Shown here: piece by piece, positions 56,460 through 64,000 of the stretch
Layout: each line of letters opens with the position of its first letter
Position numbering within the stretch: the stretch's first letter is position 1
From: Octopus vulgaris
Lineage: Eukaryota
Assembly: GCA_951406725.2 (NCBI GenBank)
Contig: OX597817.1
Span: 69,130,001 to 69,194,000 of the forward strand
Direction of reading: 5' to 3'
Length of the DNA stretch: 64,000 bases
Position numbers and translations under genes: made by a program
Notes under the pieces: model-generated
Databases searched by the model: none
What the model saw: the letters and a program-made list of their open reading frames with translations, nothing else
What the model was told of the DNA's origin: nothing

Positions 56460-57075
56460 ACTAGCTGACGAACCTGGTAAATCCCGGGAAAGTGGGGCTT
56501 ATCCCTTGGTTCCATTCTCATAATTGTTTCGCTAATCCAATAACAACAATACAAAGTATGTAGCCCTTAAAATGGTTTTTTGTGTTTTTACAGAGAATAC
56601 TGAACTGCCTTATACAGGATCATGTTTTTAGGAATTCCCAATAAGTTATGAATATCCAAACTGTGAAGTCAATTATGTTACCTGGTAGTAAGAATTCAAA
56701 TAAAGTAGCCATGAAAATGGCTTTAATGCGCTCCCAGAATATATAGAACATAGAAGGAAATACTAAGGTACGTATGCAAAAATTGTAATGCATGTTACGT
56801 AATAACAGGCTAATCAGATATGAGATAATAACAGTTCAAAGTAAATAACTCTGAAAAGGGCTTTTGTGCATTCCCAGAAAATATTACCCTCAGAGGCACT
56901 AGTGTCGTTATATTCATGAATAAGTCACAAACCAAAATAAGTGGATCTATTGTTTAGGAAAATACTATTTACTTGCTTAAGGGTTGTACTATATAAATTG
57001 CGAAAATAACTCTAACAGTTCAAATATTAAGAAATAAGCATACTCAATTTCATTTTTACCAAATAATTTAGGAAA
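56460..57075 (+). mobile_element. Second copy of the 36569 Helentron-like element, 3'-truncated at a SINE
   Basis: Co-linear with 36569-37203, from ccttggttccattctcataattg to ccaaataatttaggaaa. Confidence 0.75.
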
Positions 57076-57076
57076 T

Positions 57077-57338
57077 AGGCGCAGTAGTGGCTGTGTATTA
57101 AGTAGCTTGCTTACCAACCACATGGTTATGGGTTCAGCCTCACTGTGTGGCACCTTGGGCAAGTGTCTTCTACTATAGCCTCGGGCTGATGAAAGCCTTG
57201 TGAGTGGATTTGGTAGACAGAAACTGAAAGGAGCCCATCGTATATATGTATATATATATGTATGTGTGTGTATGTTTGTGTGTCTGTGTTTGTTCCCCCC
57301 AAAATCGCTTGACAACCGATACTGGTGTGTTTATGTGT
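57077..57338 (+). mobile_element. SINE family A, 5' part
   Basis: aggcgcagtagtggctgtgtattaagtagcttgcttaccaaccacatgg...caccttgggcaagtgtcttctactatagcc. Confidence 0.85.
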
Positions 57339-57857
57339 TCACTGAAAGGAATCTGTATTGTGGGAACCTGATCTATTCCTTATGGAATGTGGTTCTCTGT
57401 CACAGTGTCATACTCGCCTGTTCGATATAGTTATGTCCACAACCTGAGCAAGTCATAACATAAATTAGATTCTCAGAAGCACAACTGAAGTTAGTTTTAA
57501 TTGTGAACCTCTCCAACTTTGATATTCGTGTGTGTTTTAATTCATGATCATATACCCATCATTGTACATATTTCATCTTACTATTTTAACTTTTATATTT
57601 CTTTACCCCCTATTGGAAAATGAACAATTACTTCCTCTGCCCCAATAATAATGATCACCAATTACTTCCCTTTGGATTTTTCTACTGTTTGAATCATTCA
57701 TTCATAAAATTCTCCATACACAACATGGACTAAAAACCTTCTTAAGAAAATATGAAATTACTATAATTTCAATGTCATGATTAGCAAAAGCAAAACCGGT
57801 TGACAAACACAATATAAAATATATTAAAACTATGTCAAGTGTGTGCATTTTCCTTCT

Positions 57858-57910
<53 letters not shown>

Positions 57911-58135
57911 TAATAATAAAATATTAGGGAATAAATCCAAACTTACAGGGAAAAATCAGATTTAGGATTGAATCCAATTTTATAGTAAAATATTATATTA
58001 TATAAAATTAGAGATAAAACCACTATTAGGCAAATCAAACAATGAAAAACTTAAGCCAATACATAAAATTAATTAATTTATATTATTTTAAATATATATC
58101 AAAAGTATTAAAAGATTAATAAAAGATAATGATTA

Positions 58136-58210
58136 AAACACTACGATCGTTTCATGGCTGTCCAATTCGTAATAATTCGAGTTATGGTTACAGTCAATCT
58201 TCAGGTGATT
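58136..58210 (-). ncRNA. Mirror copy of the 58248-58322 hammerhead
   Basis: Identical sequence on the minus strand in the left arm of the fold-back. Confidence 0.8.
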
Positions 58211-58247
58211 GAAATATTTATCTCAACCTCACTAAGATAAATATTTC

Positions 58248-58322
58248 AATCACCTGAAGATTGACTGTAACCATAACTCGAATTATTACGAATTGGACAG
58301 CCATGAAACGATCGTAGTGTTT
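58248..58322 (+). ncRNA. Type I hammerhead motif (stem III loop GATC)
   Basis: cac CTGAAGA ttgactgt...acagccat GAAAC GATC GTA gtg; intact core, predicted cut after 58316. Confidence 0.8.
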
Positions 58323-59104
58323 TAATCATTATCTTTTATTAATCTTTTAATACTTTTGATATATATTTAAAATAATATAAATTAATTAATTTTATGTATT
58401 GGCTTAAGTTTTTCATTGTTTGATTTGCCTAATAGTGGTTTTATCTCTAATTTATATATATATATATATATATATTAGGCTTCACAGTATATATTGTTCA
58501 TGGAAAATAATTTGATATTCCACGATGGAAAAAATGAGTGCATGCTGGAAATGAACCCGCAATTTTTATATTTGGGATAAGGGTGCTAACTGTTTACAGT
58601 AACATACCCATCCATTCTTCTCTATTAAATCTTAGGAACTATAATTTCATAGTGCTAAGTGTGTAATAAATATGTACATATCCTGCTAAGTTAAGAAATA
58701 GCGAGGGGGTGAAAATTTTACACACACACGTATGCATGCATACACATAATTATTCATGTATACACACACACAATTCATACATGTACTATATAGATGTATT
58801 ACACACACTCACAGACACACATAAAACAAAAGATAATGTCCACTGGTTAATTTTCATAACAACTTTTGGAGCAACATTTGAAAGAAAAATTTAAAACCTA
58901 TTCTCTATTTTGAATGAAGGATGCTATCCAAAACTATAAATTAATTTCCTGTAATGGCAAACAAATACTTTCCACTGTGTGACCTCTTGCTTTTTGAAAA
59001 AGGTGAGAAATTAAACTAGTGAGGTTGTGTTTAGTACATTTTGGAAAAGGTATGTACTTAGTATCAAAGATTCCATATACAAAGATACATATATTTGTTA
59101 GCTG

Positions 59105-59232
59105 AAGTGTATGTGTATGTATGTAACAACATTGGGATATATATATATATATATATATGTATATATGTGTGTAGATATATATGTGTATGTAGATATATAT
59201 GTGTATGTATCGATACATATATATATGTATTT

Positions 59233-59264
<32 letters not shown>

Positions 59265-59273
59265 TATCTATAC

Positions 59274-59306
<33 letters not shown>

Positions 59307-59553
59307 TATATGTATCTATACATATATATATATATGTATATATATATGCATATGAATATATATATATATATGCATATTTATATATATGTATATATATATG
59401 CATATATATATGTGTATGTATGCATATATATATGTGTATGTATGCATATATGTATGTATATGTGTGTGTGATATATATATACACATATTTATATATATGT
59501 ATACATATATATATACATATATTCAAACACACACACGCACACACATATGCACA

Positions 59554-59590
<37 letters not shown>
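59105..59590. repeat. Compound (TA)/(TG)/(CA) microsatellite, representative of dozens in the window
   Basis: Directly visible. Other large tracts at 265-362, 1415-1610, 2845-3065, 9643-9775, 10758-10970, 28250-28398, 33560-34120, 46220-46650, 63480-63990. Confidence 0.97.
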
Positions 59591-59591
<1 letters not shown>

Positions 59592-59971
59592 ATGTTGAAA
59601 TAAGTGAAGTAAGCCATACTTTGTCCATCAAACTGTTTGTGTAATGATAATAATATCATTTCATAACGAAAATATTTTTAGCCTTCTTTGTTTTTTCTTA
59701 CAGATAAACTTTAATAATAATCTGGTAAATAAAGAAAGTGTGCTTTTTATCATGTTCTTTAGTTTTTTAAGTAGTAAAGATTTTTCTTTTTTTCAAGAAA
59801 CAAATGTAAACCAATATGTCTGTTTATTTTTTGATTTTTCATCATTGGCAGCTTTTATGTTCTTGGGAGTAAGACCTTTTAAATTACTATATTTTGATGG
59901 TTTATATAGTGCAATCTTCCCCTGACCCCTACCCTCTCAAACATTGTTCCAGAAAAATAACCTATGTCTTG

Positions 59972-60295
59972 TGAAGGCAGATGGCTCAATGGCTAGAGCT
60001 TCAGACTTTTAATCACAAGGTAGTGAGTTCAATTCCTAGACCGGGACATGTCTTGTGTTCTTGAGCAAGATACTTTATTTCACGTTGGTCTAGTTCACTC
60101 AGCTGTAGAAATGAGTTGCAACATCATTGGTGCCAAGCTGTATTAGCCTTTGCTTTTCTCATCAGAGAGAGGAGGCTGGTATGTATGTATGATTGCTGGT
60201 TTTTCATAAACAACCTTGCTTGGACTTGTGCCTCCGAGGGTAACTTTCTAGGTGCAATTCCATGGTTGTTTATGACCAAAGGGGGTTTTTACCCT
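59972..60295 (+). mobile_element. tRNA-derived SINE (family D head)
   Basis: gaaggcagaTGGCTCAATGGctagagc...gaGTTCAATTCCtagaccggg...ttcttgagcaagatact. Confidence 0.75.
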
Positions 60296-60317
60296 TGTAA
60301 ATATATAATCATGGTTA

Positions 60318-60535
60318 GGGTGGCGAGCTGGCAGAATTGTTAGCACGCCGGGCGAAATGCTTAGCAGTATTTCATCTGCCATTACATTCTGAGTTCAAAC
60401 TCTGCCAAAGTCGACTTTGCCTTTATCCTTTCAGGGTCGATTAAGTAAGTACCAGTTACGCACTGGGGTCGGTGTAATCGACTTAAACCCTTTGTTTGTC
60501 CCCTCTATGTTTAGCCCCCTGTGGGCAATAAAGAA
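60318..60535 (+). mobile_element. SINE family B, well preserved
   Basis: ggtggcgagctggcagaattgttagcacgccgggcgaaatgcttagc...ctgagttcaaactctgcc...gtcgactttgcc. Confidence 0.8.
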
Positions 60536-61366
60536 CTATATATCATCATAGTTGTTACTACTTGTAAGTGGTAGTTCCATTATGGTGTTACAGAGCATCA
60601 TAACATGGACAGCAAACAGCTCTCTTTATGAAACTGCTTCCTACTTAATTAGTAGTAACAATAACAATGTATATCTGCAAAACTTGATATAGAATTACAT
60701 CAGAAGAAGAAAATTAAGAGACAACATGCTCATTGGTGTAAACAAACTACTGATCAGCTGACTCTCCTGCACCAGTTGCACTTTTGTTTCATATTATAAA
60801 GCCAGTATGGTAAATTAAAGTTACCTTCTCAAATCATACGAACAAAAAGGTCAAGACTCAAAACAGTTTCCATTCTTCATGGCAAATGAAATTATTGAAT
60901 TCTTTCTAAGAAGTATGCTCTTGACTAGATATTACTGATGCATTTCATCCCAAGCTTACTAGCATTTCAGTTTTTACTTTGTATTTGCTACTAAAATGGT
61001 CCCTGTTTTTCAGTTTGTAATGTTTTAATACAGAATTACTACATTACTCGAATGCCACCCAAATGCCAACTTGAATGCCAACTCATATTGGAGTGAATAT
61101 GTGAGCAATATATACTGAAAAATACACGCTGATTAAAGCAGAACCCAAAAGTCCATATACAAGACAAAGCATTATGCAAATTAGAAGAACTATTATTGGT
61201 ACAAATTAACAAAATACAAATACATTTACTAAACAAGGCAAAGTCACCAAACTCAGTTCGATATCTAGTCAGAACAGAACTGAATTACAGTTCTATATTT
61301 AAGAGATGAAGAATTATGTACATTATTTACAGTTGATGGATATTTGTCTTCATCTTGTTTGTTGTT

Positions 61367-61412
61367 AACACAGCATTTTGGCTGATATACCCTCCAGCCT
61401 TCATCAGGTGTC
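61367..61412 (-). ncRNA. Degenerate minimal hammerhead (left arm)
   Basis: Minus: gacac CTGATGA aggctggagggtatatcagcc AAAAT GCT gtgtt; differences from the inferred ancestor are mostly CpG-type transitions. Confidence 0.6.
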
Positions 61413-61710
61413 CTGGGGAAATTTTGAATCTGGGTTCTCTTTCCTAAGATATTTTTCGATGTTATTATTACTATTATTATTATTATTATTATTATCATTA
61501 TTATTATTCAGGTGATTGCTTGGAATTGAACTCGGAATCACTACACCATATGCCTGTGGGCATATGGCGTAGTGGTTAAGAGCGTGGGCTACTAACCCCA
61601 AGATAACGAGTTCAAATCCAAGCAGTGACCTGAATAATAATAATAATAATGATAATAATAACATCGAAAAATACCTCCGGAATGAGGACCCAGGTTTGAA
61701 ATTTCCCCAA

Positions 61711-61756
61711 GACACCTGATGGAGGCTGGAGGGTATATCAGCTGAAACATTGTGTT
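61711..61756 (+). ncRNA. Degenerate minimal hammerhead (right arm)
   Basis: gacac CTGATGG aggctggagggtatatcagct GAAAC ATT gtgtt. Combined with the left arm, the inferred ancestor is gacac CTGATGA a ggctg..cagcc GAAAC GTT gtgtt. Confidence 0.65.
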
Positions 61757-62329
61757 AACAACATACAGGATGAGGACAAATATCCGCCAAATGTAAATAA
61801 TGTAAATAAGAACTGAGTTAGTGCACTATAACACAGTTCTGGGTTTCAGTCAGGTATCCCACACCTTTTGTCACACTTATTGCATCTGATCCCTTCAACA
61901 CTCACAATAACCTCTAATCCAATCCTTCCTCTCCAAAACAATGACCCTCTAGAATCATTTCTTTAATCATTTTTTTCCTACAGGTGCTAACCTGGAATGG
62001 TCTAAATGGTTTCAACCTCTCTGCTATCAAAGGGCTTGTGAAGATTATGAATACTAACCACTTTCTCCAAACTCAGCAAGTAAAAGAAAAAAATTCCTTA
62101 ACAGCATCAAGTAAGTATGTGACATCCTCTGCCATGACTAGACACTAAAAGCACTGAGAATATACAATGTCTATGAAAAATTGCAAATAATTTTACTCAG
62201 GGAACCCAAAGAAAAGGCAAAACCTCAATAGCAATGCAAAGAGTACCACAATGATTAAAACCCTTATGTCTAAAACAACTTTCTGTGATATCTACTGCAA
62301 ACCACAACCTGGCTTACACGCCTTTCTCT

Positions 62330-62712
62330 AGGTGTAGGAATGGCTGTGTGGTAAGTAACTTGCTTACGAACCACATGGCTCTGGGTTCAGTCCCACTATG
62401 TGGCACTTTGAGCAAGTGTCTTCTACTATAGCCTCGGGTCGACCAAAGCCTTGTGAGTGGATTTGGTAGATGGAAACTGAAAGAAGCCCGTCGTATATAT
62501 GTATATATATATATATGTATGTGTATATGTTTGTGTGTCCATGTTTGTCCCCCCAATATCGTTTGACAACTGATGCTGGTGTGTTTAACGATAGAATAAG
62601 TACTAGGCTTACAACGAGTAAGTCCTGGGAGCGATTTGCTCAACTAAAGGTGGTGCTCCAGCATGGCCACAGTCAAATGACTGAAACAAGTAAAAGAGCA
62701 AAAGAGTAAAAG
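62330..62712 (+). mobile_element. SINE family A, near full length
   Basis: Head aggtgtaggaatggctgtgtggtaag through tail gactgaaacaagtaaaagagcaaaagagtaaaag. Confidence 0.85.
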
Positions 62713-62713
62713 T

Positions 62714-62960
62714 GTGCCCCATACAATGGCAGTCATTGCTTTTGTGCACTATTAAAGATACTGCCGGTGTTCATTGTTTACCTCGGCATATTTGAACTCT
62801 GCCATTCATGCATGTTTATATCGCCACATCCAATAGAGTATACTCGCCTCATTCATTTCAAACTTTTTCATATCTCCCACATTCATCTCCGATATCTCAC
62901 TATGAGACAATCAATCTTTTGAAAACCAATCACAAACTGGTTGACATACTGTTTTGAGTT
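62714..62960 (-). pseudogene. Old RTE C-terminal fragment
   Basis: Minus: HSEISEMNVGDMKKFEMNEASILYWM and a downstream YGH, like the RTE HGSETW...NEASMLRWM...WYGH region. Confidence 0.5.
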
Positions 62961-63582
62961 GCAGCTGCATACTGTCATTCTATTAACAATACTGTATCAA
63001 CATTCATTATGTATAATATCTATGTATTGATGTAATAAATGTGAACAGTATGAGACAGTCTGTGAAGATTTAAGGGAAAACATAACTGCTTAGACAACAC
63101 AATGCTAGCATCTAACAGTAAAACGATGCAATTGTTTAGTCACATAGTTTAAATTATGGTTTGCCATTGCTATTGTTGTTGCTGTTGTTGATATCATTGT
63201 TGTAGCATGCTGCTCGATGTTTTAATTTTCATGTTTCATTCTATGACAAATATGTGGTAAATGTTTAAATCTTTCAGTCTGTGTGTGTGAGTGTGTGCAC
63301 GTGTGTGTGTGGGGGGGTGAGTGTGTGCATATGTGGCATGTTCGTGTGGACATGTAAATGCTTATAGAAATATTCCATATATCTATGTACTGTGTGTATG
63401 TTATACATATAGAAGACACACAGCACACAGCTACATGCTATACAGATATACGACATGCAGTACTTAGCAACATGCCATTTGTGTGTGTGTATGTATGTAT
63501 GTGTAAATAAATATATATACGTACATAGATATACATATACTTATATATATATTTATATACACATATATATATATACACATAC

Positions 63583-63639
<57 letters not shown>

Positions 63640-63785
63640 CACACATATATACACACATATATATACATATATATACATATATACGCATACATATATACAC
63701 ATGTATATACATATATATAAACATATATATATGCATATACATACACACACATACACATATACATATATATATACACACACACATA

Positions 63786-63838
<53 letters not shown>

Positions 63839-64000
63839 GCATACTTACATATACATATATGTATACATACACACATATATATATATATATATATATGCAG
63901 ATATATATATACACATATACTCACATATATACATATATATATATATATATATACATATATACATATATATACACATATAAACACACATACATTTATATTT

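Larger units (their letters stand above)
58005..58453. repeat. Fold-back: 219-bp arms (58005-58223 / 58235-58453) with an 11-nt loop
   Basis: Base-by-base reverse-complement comparison found no mismatch. The element spans about 57907-58453 between two (TA)n tracts. Confidence 0.97.
61288..61808. mobile_element. Head-to-head pair of tRNA-headed, hammerhead-containing short elements with a 12-bp TSD
   Basis: Imperfect inverted repeat 61314-61809 centred near 61556. TSD agaactgaatta (61276-61287) / agaactgagtta (61809-61820). A box 61565-61575, B box 61610-61618. Confidence 0.8.

Noticed and set aside
56466-56495. CTGACGA...GAAA hammerhead-like boxes
   Set aside because: No stem III/NUH or stem I closure, and the homologous copy at 36570 lacks the core. 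It is the 5' hairpin of a Helentron-like element.
61558-61631. Functional tRNA gene
   Set aside because: A and B boxes are present, but acceptor and T stems pair poorly and there is no poly-T terminator; it is an element head. The same applies to the heads at 20675 and 59972.

Overview
AT-rich, microsatellite-saturated animal DNA with no recognisable host protein-coding exon. The repeat families resemble those I associate with Octopus/coleoid cephalopods; that is an inference from pattern recognition, not a database match. Most ORFs in the track are translations of (TA)n/(CA)n/(AAT)n repeats or SINE bodies. The real content is transposon debris: many tRNA-derived SINEs, RTE, CR1-like and R4/Dong-like LINE fragments, two maT (DD37D) derivatives, mariner fragments, TTAA MITEs, Helentron/DINE-like elements, and two decayed Penelope GIY-YIG endonuclease ends (35747-36170 minus, 53658-54055 plus). 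The main hidden signal is RNA structure. At least eight loci carry type I minimal hammerhead ribozyme (HHR) motifs or remnants, from several unrelated short elements. The clearest four each close stem III with a different self-complementary tetraloop (GTAC, AGCT, ACGT, GATC). Several sit in head-to-head inverted duplications, including a 219-bp fold-back at 58005-58453 with no mismatch found by eye. One element at 61288-61808 joins a Pol III tRNA-like head to a hammerhead, with an inverted partner copy and a 12-bp target-site duplication (TSD), making it a candidate Penelope-mobilised, ribozyme-bearing SINE. All coordinates and folds were derived by eye; repeat boundaries are approximate.
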